From a virus (Duplodnaviria; Caudoviricetes): a stretch of 36,077 nucleotides of DNA. The stretch spans positions 1-36,077 of the IMG/VR virus record IMGVR_UViG_3300043436_003045, one strand, 5' to 3'. Position 1 is the first letter of the stretch, and each line of letters opens with the position of its first letter. The notes under the pieces were generated by a model. It was not told the origin of the DNA. It made no database searches and was given only the letters and a program-made list of their open reading frames with translations. Made by a program: the position numbers and the translations under genes. Shown here one piece after another: positions 1-9,379 of this stretch.

Positions 1-1
1 C

Positions 2-1870
2 GACACCAGAGATGAACCACCCGCCCGTGCTGTCAGCCGCCGCGCTCGCACGGATGGCCGCGCAGTTGTTGCCGCTGCCGACGATCTGGAAATCGTCAAT
101 CACCATGTTGCTCTGCGTGCTGGGAGCAGTTCCGGTGGTCAGGAATCCCCGGTCACTGCACGCGCCGATCTTCACGTCCTGCACCACCATGCCAGCCATC
201 GGCACAGCGCCGGCCGAGGTCAGCTCAACGCCGACTTTCGCGTGCCCGCAGGTAATGCCGCGCACACCGAAAGACAGGGGGAGGTTCGTCGTGTCGCCGC
301 TGTTCGCCAGCGTGGCAACCTTCAGCACGGGAAGCGTGCTGGAAGTGATGAGGCGGATGTTGTCTGCCCAGCAGCCGTTTACGAGGTCAATTGGCGTGCT
401 CATGCCGTAAGCCCCGAGGCTGGCGATGACGGTCGAATCGCTGAAGTTGCCGCCGCTGGCGCGCAGCTTTACCGCGCGCTTGCTGACGTTGCGAAACGTG
501 CAGCCGGTAACGTCAACATACAGCCGCAGCGCGCCTGCGCCCTGAATCGTGCGTATGCCGTCGCCGTCATCAAACTGGCTTACATCGTTGTCAGACAGGC
601 CGGTGGCGAGGATCGTTTTGACTGTATCAAACTGGCAGTTTGAGATGATGCCTTGCGATGGTGTAGGCTGCGCTGCTGCCGGGTCGCTGCCGTCTTCCGT
701 GTTGAAGCACACCCCGCCGACAAAGCCAAAGCCAACCGTTGCAGGGACGATGGAACCATCGTTCAGCTTGCGCAGGTTGCGGAACTCGCAGCCTTCCACC
801 TCAAAGCCAACCACGCCATACGGGTTGACGTTCAGCGCGTACATCTGATTTACCAGCGTGGTGCCGGTGGCCGTGCCGTACAAGTTGCGGAAACTGCAGC
901 GCTTGAACTTGGGACGCAGCACATCAGCAGTGACATACACCAGCGAGTAGCGAGGTTGCAGGTTGTTGCCGTCGAAGATCACGTCCTCGAATGTCACGTT
1001 GCCCGCCGTGATGTCGGCCAGCCTGGTGGTGTTGGCCCCGGCGAACAGCAGCCGGCCGTTGCAGAAGTGCGTGCTGCTCGTGCTGAACGTGATCTTGCTG
1101 ACAACCCTGTAAGTCTTGCCAAGCAGATCAACCACTCGGCCCGAGTTGGCAGCAGTCTGAATGGCCGCCGAGTCATCGGTCGTGCCGTCGCCCACCGCGC
1201 CCACCTCCAACGGGCTGTAGGTGTCGCGCATCTTTGCCAGGGATGTGCGCAACACCGCGCCCGTCGTGCCCGAGCCGTAGCCCACCAAGCCAGCGCCGCC
1301 GATAGCTGCAAGGCTGGAAATGAAGGCAGTGAGCGCCGTCTGCACTGCGGCCGAAAGCGCGCGGTTCTCTGTGTCGCTTTCCTCGACGGCTGCCTGCACG
1401 TTGCTTGCGGCAATCGTTGCAGTAGGCGTGAATGGCACCGCAGATGCCGCAGTCGCAGCGCCCAGCGCCACCAGCAACCAGCGACCCGCTGCGAGGTCCG
1501 TGGCGAAGGTGCCGCCCGTGTGCGCAATCGCGCAGATGTAGGTGTTGCCGCCCTGGCTCACCATGTCCAAGCGAAAGTAAGCCGTCGCCGTCACCCACGC
1601 CCCGCGCAGGTTGGCTTCTGTCACGTTGCCGGCCGTCAGCAGCGCCCGAACATCCTGGCTCAGTGATGGCAGCTTGACGCGCTGGTCCCTGATTTCCCCG
1701 TCATCGCGCTGGTTCAGCGCCAGATTCGCCAACACCCCCCGCAGGGTGGTCTCGATGTTCGCCAGCTCAGCATCCAGCGGCGCAGTGCGCACCGTCGATC
1801 GGCCGCCTACGTTGGTAGCCTCTTCGTTGCTGAAATTGACGGAAGGGACGTAGGGTGTGGGTTGTGGCAT
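2..1870 (-). CDS. Tailspike / depolymerase-like receptor-binding protein (3' end lies outside the window)
   Basis: Open frame from ATG 1870 (MPQPTPYVPSVNFS..., AGGAG upstream) to the window edge. It is absent from the ORF track because it has no stop. Contains GAVGDGTTDDSAAIQTA (pectate_lyase_3-type start of a beta-helix) followed by beta-helix-like repeats (CSFRNL, CEFRNL, CQFDTV, CTFRNV). Confidence 0.85.
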   Translation of the reverse strand, partial: MPQPTPYVPSVNFSNEEATNVGGRSTVRTAPLDAELANIETTLRGVLANLALNQRDDGEIRDQRVKLPSLSQDVRALLTAGNVTEANLRGAWVTATAYFRLDMVSQGGNTYICAIAHTGGTFATDLAAGRWLLVALGAATAASAVPFTPTATIAASNVQAAVEESDTENRALSAAVQTALTAFISSLAAIGGAGLVGYGSGTTGAVLRTSLAKMRDTYSPLEVGAVGDGTTDDSAAIQTAANSGRVVDLLGKTYRVVSKITFSTSSTHFCNGRLLFAGANTTRLADITAGNVTFEDVIFDGNNLQPRYSLVYVTADVLRPKFKRCSFRNLYGTATGTTLVNQMYALNVNPYGVVGFEVEGCEFRNLRKLNDGSIVPATVGFGFVGGVCFNTEDGSDPAAAQPTPSQGIISNCQFDTVKTILATGLSDNDVSQFDDGDGIRTIQGAGALRLYVDVTGCTFRNVSKRAVKLRASGGNFSDSTVIASLGAYGMSTPIDLVNGCWADNIRLITSSTLPVLKVATLANSGDTTNLPLSFGVRGITCGHAKVGVELTSAGAVPMAGMVVQDVKIGACSDRGFLTTGTAPSTQSNMVIDDFQIVGSGNNCAAIRASAAADSTGGWFISGV

Positions 1871-1890
1871 GTGCGCGCTCCTGCGCGAGC

Positions 1891-1922
1891 ACTGTGCCCC
1901 CCTACGATGGGCGTTTTCCGCC
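1891..1922 (-). promoter_or_regulatory. Putative late promoter, copy 1 (GGCGGAAAAC-N16-CACAGT)
   Basis: The same 10-mer and 16-nt spacing occur at 13853-13884 and 20819-20850. This copy is intergenic, upstream of the tailspike. Confidence 0.65.
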
Positions 1923-1949
1923 TGAATGCCGGGGCGCTAGACTGCGGCG

Positions 1950-2123
1950 ATGGAATACACAGACTTCTTGATCTGGAAGTTCATCGCCTTGTGCGTCTGC
2001 GCCTTCGTGTGGGGCATCTACTGCGGGGCTACCGGTCGACCGTTGTCGCCACAGGAATGGCCCGAAGTGCAAGCCCGGAAGCAGGCGCAGCAAAAAGCCG
2101 ATCCAGGGCGCTCGGACGCCTGA
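1950..2123 (+). CDS. Small membrane protein, 57 aa (MEYTDFLIWKFIALCVCAFVWGIYCGATGRP...)
   Basis: ATG 1950 to TGA 2123 with one hydrophobic helix. It is antisense to the late operon and overlaps the 3' end of 2029..4500. A -10-like TAGACT lies just upstream. Confidence 0.55.
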   Translation: MEYTDFLIWKFIALCVCAFVWGIYCGATGRPLSPQEWPEVQARKQAQQKADPGRSDA

Positions 2124-4500
2124 AGCCTTCAAGCGCACTGGCCGCCAGCTCTGGATCTGCCAGCAGTTTGGCAAGCTCCGTCGCGCGGCTTGTGCGCGCG
2201 GATTCGCGCATCCAGTCCAGACCCGCGCCAGTGAATTGCCCGATCAGAGGCAGGCGGTTCGCCGCGACATTCAGCACCGGGCTATCCAGCAACCCAAGCG
2301 AAAGCGCGTTGCTCGCGTTTGCGTAGGTTGGAGAGCCCTTGGCCGAGCCTGCCGCGGCGGCTTGAATCGAGCGGCGGATGTCAAGCGCTACACGCTGCAT
2401 TGTCTTGACCTGCTCAGGGTCGAACGCAGCCTTCAGTCCCGGCAGCGTGTTTTCAACCCAGCGCACGAACTTCCCAGACAACCGGCCGGCATCAGTAGCA
2501 GTGCCAGCGCCTTCGGTGCTGACCATGCTGCGGAACTGCTCAAGCAGCCGCGGGTTCTTGTCGATCAGCACGCGAAGCTGCGCCACATCTTCAGGAGGCA
2601 CACCCTGCCACCAAGCCTGGCGCGCAAGTTCTGCGCCTTGGTAGGCCGGCAAGCCATCCCGCCCACGCGCCAGCGCCGCAGCCTGCGGGCCTGTGCCGGT
2701 GGTCTTCACTTGCTCGATCTTCAGCTTGCGCGCTTCGTCCAGCGCGTTCGCCCAATCAATCGGCAGCACCTCGTCAATTGCGCCGTCCCCCCGCACAACC
2801 TCATTGATGCGGTCATCCAGCGCCTGCTTCATCTGCGTCAGCGCCGCAGCCTCGCGCGCCCGCTCGGGGTCTGCCTTGGCCGCGCGCAACATGGAGCCAA
2901 TGTCCTTGCGCAGATTGTCGAACTCGCCCAGCGTCACCTTCTGCGGCACAGCCTGAGCGCCCGGAGCCGCGCCCATCGCCGCGTCACGCGCCGCCGCCCA
3001 TTGCTGTTCCGGCAGATCAAATCTTGAGAACTGCGGGCCGCCTCGCGCGTCAGTCTTCAGCGCGTCGATCAGCGTGTCGATGCCGTCATCAGCGAGATAA
3101 CCCGCCTCATACATCTTCTGCGCCATGCGGCCGGGAGAAAGACCGGTTGACCGAATCAAGTTCTTCAGGTCGCCTTTCAGTCCTTGAAGCTCGCCCACAC
3201 GCTCGCCCGCGTTCGTCGTTACGCCACCAGCACGGCGCACAGCCTGCGCCAGCGTCAACGGGGCGCCCGACTGCGTAGCCTTGGCCGCTTGCATGGCCGG
3301 CAGTTCCATCGTGCCGATCTTTTGCGCCTCGCTCACCACGCGGTCCAGCCCGTCGCGGTTCAGGATTGAACCCCGGCCGAAAACGTCATCACGGATGGCC
3401 CCGAGGTCGGGCAGATACAGCGCCGCCTCATCCTGCGGGATGGCTTGGTAGCGCGCACGGGTTGCCGCGCGCATGCTCTTATCCGTCGCCGCCGTGAACT
3501 CGGACAATGCGCGCCCAAACTCGTCCCGCGCCGACGCCGCGCCGAGTGGGTTTGTGGGCGCCACCCGCTCAATCGCCGCCAGCCTCGCCGCGTTCTGTGC
3601 CAGCTCGCGCTCCTTCAAGGCCACGCCGCCCGCGCTATCAGCCACCACGCGCTCAAGGATGCTCGCCTGCGGGGTGCGCAGAACCTGCGCCGCAGTCGGC
3701 TTAGAGCCTGGCACAAGCTCACGGGCCTGCCGCAGCTGCGCAGCAATGCGCGCCGCGTCCTGCGGGTTGTTCGCGTCAAGCGCACGCGCGAGCGATTCCG
3801 TAGCCTTGGCCTTTCCGCCGCGAAGTTGCCGCCCCACCGCAGCGCCCGCCGTGCCAAGCCCTTGCAAGGCCCCCGGCAGCACAGCACCCACGCCAGCACC
3901 GAAAGCCGCATCATCGGGGCTCACAAGGCCGGCAGACACGCCACCCGCCACGCCGCCGCCCACAGTGCGCAAACCCAGCCCGGCCGCGCCCTTCGCGCCG
4001 CCTGCCGACATGCCCGCAGTTCGCACAGCCTCCACCAGCCCCGGAGCCGCCGCAGCAAGCCGAGTGCCGCCCGCAGCCGTAGCCAGCGCGGGGCCAACCC
4101 CCAGCGTGCCGGCAATCTCGCCGCCCACCTTGCCGATCTGGAAGCCTGCCGAGGAAGGATCGGCGCCAAGCTGCTGAAGCCCGCCCGTGATCCCGTCGCG
4201 GCGCTGCTGGTTCAGACTGACAGCGCGCTCAGGCGCACCCAAGCGGCGCTCTATGGCCTGCTCTGCCACGTCAAACGGGGCCATCAGGGTTGCGCCGATG
4301 CTGCCTGCACCGCGCACAGCGCCCAGCGCGGTCTGCACCGGCAGCGAGCCCATGATTTCGCGCTTGAACATCTCCATGCGCGACGGGACAGGTGCAGGCT
4401 TTGGCATGTTCGCGCGGATGGCGGCGCTGATCTGGTCATCGCTCATCCCGTCCGGGAACTCCACAATGCCCATGCCGGGCACTTCGACACGCTGCGGCAT
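2029..4500 (-). CDS. Large internal virion / DNA ejection protein (823 aa)
   Basis: Ala/Gly-rich with G-rich hydrophobic segments. N-terminus VEVPGMGIVEFPDGMSDDQISAAI is typical of podovirus ejection proteins. Last of the ejection cluster, before the tailspike. Confidence 0.7.
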   Translation of the reverse strand: MPQRVEVPGMGIVEFPDGMSDDQISAAIRANMPKPAPVPSRMEMFKREIMGSLPVQTALGAVRGAGSIGATLMAPFDVAEQAIERRLGAPERAVSLNQQRRDGITGGLQQLGADPSSAGFQIGKVGGEIAGTLGVGPALATAAGGTRLAAAAPGLVEAVRTAGMSAGGAKGAAGLGLRTVGGGVAGGVSAGLVSPDDAAFGAGVGAVLPGALQGLGTAGAAVGRQLRGGKAKATESLARALDANNPQDAARIAAQLRQARELVPGSKPTAAQVLRTPQASILERVVADSAGGVALKERELAQNAARLAAIERVAPTNPLGAASARDEFGRALSEFTAATDKSMRAATRARYQAIPQDEAALYLPDLGAIRDDVFGRGSILNRDGLDRVVSEAQKIGTMELPAMQAAKATQSGAPLTLAQAVRRAGGVTTNAGERVGELQGLKGDLKNLIRSTGLSPGRMAQKMYEAGYLADDGIDTLIDALKTDARGGPQFSRFDLPEQQWAAARDAAMGAAPGAQAVPQKVTLGEFDNLRKDIGSMLRAAKADPERAREAAALTQMKQALDDRINEVVRGDGAIDEVLPIDWANALDEARKLKIEQVKTTGTGPQAAALARGRDGLPAYQGAELARQAWWQGVPPEDVAQLRVLIDKNPRLLEQFRSMVSTEGAGTATDAGRLSGKFVRWVENTLPGLKAAFDPEQVKTMQRVALDIRRSIQAAAAGSAKGSPTYANASNALSLGLLDSPVLNVAANRLPLIGQFTGAGLDWMRESARTSRATELAKLLADPELAASALEGFRRPSALDRLFAAPASGLALRAIPVATTVDR

Positions 4501-5810
4501 TACTCGATCCTTCCGGTGGCGGGGTTGAAGCGCCTGACAGGGGCCGGGTCGGCTGTTGGCGCAGGCGCCGCAGCGGGCTCCGGGATGCCTTCTGTGAGAT
4601 AGCGTCCGCTGCGGATGGCCGCCGCTTTCTTTTTGGTGTAGGCTGCGCGCCGCTCTGCAGCCTGCATAGCGCGCTCCATGATGGCTTTGCGCTGGGCGGG
4701 GGTTTTGTCAACAGACGCTTGCATGTCTATCAGAATCTTCCGCTCGCCTTCAGTCGGCGCCGCACCGAAGATGGATTTCAGGCTTTCCAAGCCCTGCCCC
4801 GTCATGAGGTTGTCAATGTCAATCGTCGCGTCTGCGGCTTCGCTGCCACCGGGCAGGTTGCTGCGCAGCACAGCGCGCGGCTTCGCCAAGTAACCCGAAT
4901 ACGCCGCGTCGTTTTGCTTCAAGGCCGTCTGCAACGACCGGACAACACCAGCAGCAGACTGCACCGTGTCATCCGCTTCCAGCAGTTCTTTCTGAAGCGC
5001 CACCGACATGGCCCCAGGCTTGGGCGGAGCCCCGGGCGCCATCGCATCCGTCTCCGCCCGCGTCTTCTGCGCACTGGCCCTGGAGTTGTCCGCCGCCGCG
5101 TAGCTCTGCACGGCGTTGGCCTTCTGCGCGCCGGCCGTCTCGCGCTTGACGCCGATGCTTGCCTGCGCCATCGGGCTGGCGACATCGAGCGCGCCGCCGA
5201 ACAGGTCCAGCACTGTGCCGTTGGCGTCGCGGTTGAACAGGGGCTTGCCGGCCAGCGCCGCCTGCGAGGCGCCCACTTGGCCGGGCTTGAGCTCGCCGCG
5301 GATCACCCGGTCGCCCAGGTCTTGCTCGCGGAAGTTGCCCAGCGCCGCCGCCCAGTCGTCGACCTTGATGTCTCCGGTGTTCAGGCCAACAGGCAGCAAC
5401 CGCTGCAGGGCCTGCGCGATGGCGCTGCGTTGCTCGGGCGCCACCTGCAGATCACCCATCAGCGGCGAGCCGTCCTCGGTCGGGCCTGCCATCTCGATCT
5501 GCGGCGCGCGCCCGGTACGGATGGACTCGCGCACGGCCCGCACCAGCGGGAGATCAGTACCCGACATCAGCGCGGCCTGCTCTTCCAGCGCGCCGGGCCG
5601 CTGGCCGATCATGTCGGTCTTGGTGCGCAGCAGTGCGGCATCTGCCTCGTCCTTCTGCGCGCCGGCCAAGGCCTGTGCGATGCGGCTTTGCCCGATGGCT
5701 TCCTGCATGCCTGCCTGCTGCTCGATGGCAGGGCCGGCCAGCAGCGAGCGCGCCAGATTGCTCATGCCGCCAGAGGCTCCACGAAGGGCCCCGCGTGCGT
5801 AACCGGCCAT
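4500..5810 (-). CDS. Internal virion / ejection protein (436 aa)
   Basis: Helical Ala/Gln-rich protein ending RRFNPATGRIE, located in the ejection cluster. TAATG coupling to the next gene. Confidence 0.6.
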   Translation of the reverse strand: MAGYARGALRGASGGMSNLARSLLAGPAIEQQAGMQEAIGQSRIAQALAGAQKDEADAALLRTKTDMIGQRPGALEEQAALMSGTDLPLVRAVRESIRTGRAPQIEMAGPTEDGSPLMGDLQVAPEQRSAIAQALQRLLPVGLNTGDIKVDDWAAALGNFREQDLGDRVIRGELKPGQVGASQAALAGKPLFNRDANGTVLDLFGGALDVASPMAQASIGVKRETAGAQKANAVQSYAAADNSRASAQKTRAETDAMAPGAPPKPGAMSVALQKELLEADDTVQSAAGVVRSLQTALKQNDAAYSGYLAKPRAVLRSNLPGGSEAADATIDIDNLMTGQGLESLKSIFGAAPTEGERKILIDMQASVDKTPAQRKAIMERAMQAAERRAAYTKKKAAAIRSGRYLTEGIPEPAAAPAPTADPAPVRRFNPATGRIE

Positions 5811-5814
5811 GCTG

Positions 5815-6597
5815 TTACCTCCCCATCCACGTTGGCGCCGCTTGGCGCCGCTGCGTCATCTGCGCCGCTTGCGGGACCATCGCCCACCAGGGCTGCGTCG
5901 CGGTAGAGCCCGCCAGGGTGGCAGCGGTTGCGCCTTCGGTGGCGCCGCCCGTGACAGCCCCAGCACCACCCATGCCCATCCCGACCGTGCCCACCAGGCT
6001 GGCGATCTTGCCGACATCGCCGTACCAAGGTGTCTCGACATCCTGCGCGTCCAGTTGCGCGGCCTGGGCCCGGCGCTGATTGCTGACCTGCGTGGACGCG
6101 ATGCGCTCGGCCAAGGCAGCGCGCGACAAGGCCTGATCGCGCTGCACATCAGCAGGGGCGCGCAGCCGGGCGAACTCGCGGGCGATGGCCGACATGCGGT
6201 CGCCTTCTTGGCCCTGCCTCTGCGCCAGTGCGGTGCGGAATGCGTCGGACTGCCGGCCGTTGTCGCCCGCGGTGTCGATGATGTCCGCGCCTGCGCCGGT
6301 CAGGTCGTCGCGCGTGCGCTGGTAGGCGGCTTCCTCGGCCGCCTGCATGGCCTGCGCTTGGCCGCCTGGGGCCGCTTTGCTGGCCTCCTGCAGCACGTCA
6401 GCGGTGCCGCCCTCGGTGGTCTTGTCGTTCGCCTCGAAGGCGCGGTTCAACACTGCCCGCTGCTGCTTGCCCTGCTGGCGAGCGGCCACCATCTGCGCAG
6501 CAGTGCCGCCACCGATCAGGGCTGCGGCCAAGCCCGGGGAGATGCCCGACGCGCCAGCCCCTGCTGCTGCGCCCGCTGCTGCGACTTCTGGACCCAT
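5815..6597 (-). CDS. Internal virion / ejection (pilot-like) protein (260 aa)
   Basis: Gly/Ala-rich hydrophobic N-terminus followed by a Q/A/R coiled coil. Position fits. Confidence 0.55.
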   Translation of the reverse strand: MGPEVAAAGAAAGAGASGISPGLAAALIGGGTAAQMVAARQQGKQQRAVLNRAFEANDKTTEGGTADVLQEASKAAPGGQAQAMQAAEEAAYQRTRDDLTGAGADIIDTAGDNGRQSDAFRTALAQRQGQEGDRMSAIAREFARLRAPADVQRDQALSRAALAERIASTQVSNQRRAQAAQLDAQDVETPWYGDVGKIASLVGTVGMGMGGAGAVTGGATEGATAATLAGSTATQPWWAMVPQAAQMTQRRQAAPTWMGR

Positions 6598-6610
6598 GCT
6601 CTTTGCTCCT

Positions 6611-7408
6611 TCAGGAAGGCGAAACGATGCCGCCGCGCGCCGTGGCGCTGCCGCGTGTGTTGGTGCCGAAGCCGGACGGCATGTACTGCTGCCAGGCGTT
6701 GCGGCCCTGCGATGCCTGCCGCTTTTCGTACAACAGGCCCACGTTGCTGAACAGGTCGCCCACGCTGGTGCCGATGGCGCCCGACGTGGCCTTGTCGGCG
6801 TTCACGCGCATCTGGCCGAGAGCCGACGAGATGGCCGAACCCTGATCCATGCCGCTGTCGATGCTCTGCAGCAGCTGCAGCCGGGTGGCCTCGTTGTTGC
6901 CGCGCGCATCAGCCGCGGCGGCGTCGGCCTTGCCGCTGAGGTCCGTCAGGCCTTGCCCGTAGGTGCGGCCGAGCAGCGCGTTCTGGTCGATGTCCACGCT
7001 ACCGCCGTTCTGCCCACGTGCGAACAGCTCGAACTTGAGCTGGCGGCCGGCCTCGCCCTTCTGCTCGTCCAGGCGCCGCTTGCCGGCGTCATAGGCGCCG
7101 CTGCGCACCGAGCCGAACAGGGCCTCCAGGTCGCGCTTGTTCCTCTCCGCGTCGGCGGCCTGCTGCGCCTGCGCTGCAACCGCGGCGTCATAGCCGGCCT
7201 GGTCGAAACTCTCCACAGGAGGCAGCGCCGTGCCCGTGTCATCAGCCATGCCGCCCGGGGTGCTGGTCACGAACTTGGAGCGGTCCACAGTGCTGGCAGC
7301 CGGCGCAACGCCGAAAAGGACGTTCAGCGCCTGCCGCGCCCGCGCCTTCTCCGCATCTTGCCGGTCTTGCCGTTCGCCGAAACCGCCATCACCACCGCCG
7401 CCGCCCAT
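6611..7408 (-). CDS. Putative virion/ejection protein (265 aa)
   Basis: MGGGGGDGG N-terminus, helical, and located between the tail tube genes and the ejection genes. Confidence 0.5.
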   Translation of the reverse strand: MGGGGGDGGFGERQDRQDAEKARARQALNVLFGVAPAASTVDRSKFVTSTPGGMADDTGTALPPVESFDQAGYDAAVAAQAQQAADAERNKRDLEALFGSVRSGAYDAGKRRLDEQKGEAGRQLKFELFARGQNGGSVDIDQNALLGRTYGQGLTDLSGKADAAAADARGNNEATRLQLLQSIDSGMDQGSAISSALGQMRVNADKATSGAIGTSVGDLFSNVGLLYEKRQASQGRNAWQQYMPSGFGTNTRGSATARGGIVSPS

Positions 7409-7409
7409 A

Positions 7410-7898
7410 TCAGGCCCCCTTTGCTGGACCTACCCAGGCCCACACTTGCACGTCTTCCCCGTTGGCGCCACAGCCCCTGCGCACGCTTTCCAGGCTCAAC
7501 AGGCCCAGCCGTTTTGCGAACCGCTCCGCCCCGACCCAGCCCGAAAGCACATGCACCTCAATTCGGTGGACGTACTGAGGCCCCTTGGAATCGCTCGCCA
7601 CTGCAAGTACTTTGCGCGTTGCGCGCAGCACTTTTCGCCACGATTCACCGGTCAGGCCAGGCCGCGCCACCATCCACAGCAAACCAAGCCACGGCAAAGG
7701 CATGGACAGGCCGCCAATGGCCCAGGGCTGGCCGTTCTGCTCAAGCACCCAGCCTGGGCCGGACGTGCGCCAGCGGTCCACCGCGTACCACTCGCCAGGC
7801 TCCTGGCCCGTCATCGCGCGCACGCAGGCGGCATCCTCGGGCCGCATGTCGCCGCAGACGGCCAGGGCGTCGGCGAGCGTGAGGTCGCGGAGAGTCAC
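7410..7898 (-). CDS. Tail assembly protein, GNAT-like (T7 gp13-like position; 162 aa)
   Basis: Motifs DMRPEDAACV, WAIGG and AERFAKRLG resemble the acetyltransferase-like protein that follows the nozzle gene in podoviruses. Confidence 0.55.
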   Translation of the reverse strand: MTLRDLTLADALAVCGDMRPEDAACVRAMTGQEPGEWYAVDRWRTSGPGWVLEQNGQPWAIGGLSMPLPWLGLLWMVARPGLTGESWRKVLRATRKVLAVASDSKGPQYVHRIEVHVLSGWVGAERFAKRLGLLSLESVRRGCGANGEDVQVWAWVGPAKGA

Positions 7899-9376
7899 AC
7901 GCTGGCCGAGAGTTGGTGGAAGTAGAGCGTCGCCATGTCCAGCCCAAAAGCCTCATCGGCTGAGTGGCGGAAGCGCGGCGCGATGGCGGCAGAACTGACC
8001 TCTACCGGAATGACGGTCCCCGCCCGGGTGTCGCCGGTCACGGTGTACAAGATCGTCTCCTTGCCGGGGTCTGAAGGCTCGTACAGGTACGAGACATCGG
8101 CCGTGCCGCTGAACACGAAGTCAGCACCGTAGAACATCTTCTCGACGCCTGGCAGCTTGGCGTCTTGGAAAGCCATCTGCACATCCACGTCGATGCCGAC
8201 GCCCGCATCGGTGAAGGTCGCCGCGTCGAGCTCATACAGCGTCGAGGCGCTGCGCACATAGACCTTGCCGGCCACAGAGGTGATGCCCTTGATGAGGACG
8301 GGGAAGGTGTACTCGCTCCAGCAGGCCAGCTTGCTGGAGCGGCTGAAGCTGTAGGCGAACACGCGCGACGTGCCGGCGCTCTCGTAGATCAGCCAGTACT
8401 GCCCGAGCTGCTGCAGCCAGATGCCGCGCACCGGCTCTGCCGAGGTCGCCTCATGGGCCTGCTGCGCGGGCACAACCAGCTCATCGACCGGCACGCCGAC
8501 GTCCGTTTCGTCCACCCGCTCGACGTTCTCCTGCACGCTGATGGAGCGCACGCCGAACGGAGACGGGAACACCAGGTCGCGGTAGAAGCTGGCCATCCCC
8601 AGCGGGTGCGTCGTGCCCACGCCGTAGAGCCGGCGCCGGATCTGAGTCGCGGTCGGGTCGACTGCGGCGTCCCAGATTTGCACGCCCTCGGGGAACGTGA
8701 CCACCAGCGCGTCCTCGAAGCTGCCCACGCCCGTGGGGTCTGCCGTGGTGTCCTGCTGCAGGCTCACCGACAGAAAGCCGGCATCGCTGGCCGTGGTCCA
8801 GTCGCGCGGGGCGCCTGCTGCGCTGTAGCGCACGATGTCAGGGCCTGTCGTGAACACGCGGCTCGTCAGGAACGTGGCCGAGGGGCCGTGCGAGCAGTTG
8901 GAATCGGTGATGAGCGTGGTTCCGCCGCCGTCCAGGTAGTGATGGCGCGGCACATCCTTGACCACTGTGCGCGGAATGCCCGTCTGGCCCGGGGGATAGA
9001 CGAACGGCACGGCCGTGCGGTGCAGCGCCACCACGTAGGGGAATCCGAGCACCATTTTGGCGTAGTTGATGCCCACCAGCTCGGTGACGCCGCCGCCAGG
9101 GCTGAACGGGTTGAGCTGGAACACGCCGACGCCAGGCGGAGGCGTGAAGCTGCTGCCCACGGTCGTGAACACGACGAGACCGCCGTTCATGGACTCCAGG
9201 CCCACAGAGCCGGCCAGCGAGGTGCTCACCACCTTCAAGGCCGGCCGCTTCTTGATCTTCTTGCCGCTGGTGATGTAGGCGTTCTTCAACGTCCACAGGC
9301 GGTTGGCGTCCTGCACGCTCAGCGGCAGGCGCCGATCCAGGCCGCCGCCGTACTCCTTGTACGTGATCGCCGGCAT
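7895..9376 (-). CDS. Tail nozzle / tail tubular protein B-like (493 aa)
   Basis: Beta-rich. N-terminus YGGGLDRR...LKNAYITSGKKIKKRP and motif ACWSEY. Follows the adaptor gene. Confidence 0.65.
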   Translation of the reverse strand: MPAITYKEYGGGLDRRLPLSVQDANRLWTLKNAYITSGKKIKKRPALKVVSTSLAGSVGLESMNGGLVVFTTVGSSFTPPPGVGVFQLNPFSPGGGVTELVGINYAKMVLGFPYVVALHRTAVPFVYPPGQTGIPRTVVKDVPRHHYLDGGGTTLITDSNCSHGPSATFLTSRVFTTGPDIVRYSAAGAPRDWTTASDAGFLSVSLQQDTTADPTGVGSFEDALVVTFPEGVQIWDAAVDPTATQIRRRLYGVGTTHPLGMASFYRDLVFPSPFGVRSISVQENVERVDETDVGVPVDELVVPAQQAHEATSAEPVRGIWLQQLGQYWLIYESAGTSRVFAYSFSRSSKLACWSEYTFPVLIKGITSVAGKVYVRSASTLYELDAATFTDAGVGIDVDVQMAFQDAKLPGVEKMFYGADFVFSGTADVSYLYEPSDPGKETILYTVTGDTRAGTVIPVEVSSAAIAPRFRHSADEAFGLDMATLYFHQLSASV

Positions 9377-9379
9377 GGC

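Noticed and set aside
1902-2174. Minus-strand 90-aa ORF between the ejection gene and the tailspike
   Set aside because: It overlaps the 823-aa gene on the same strand, runs over the late promoter and has no RBS. The + strand 57-aa membrane ORF is more credible.
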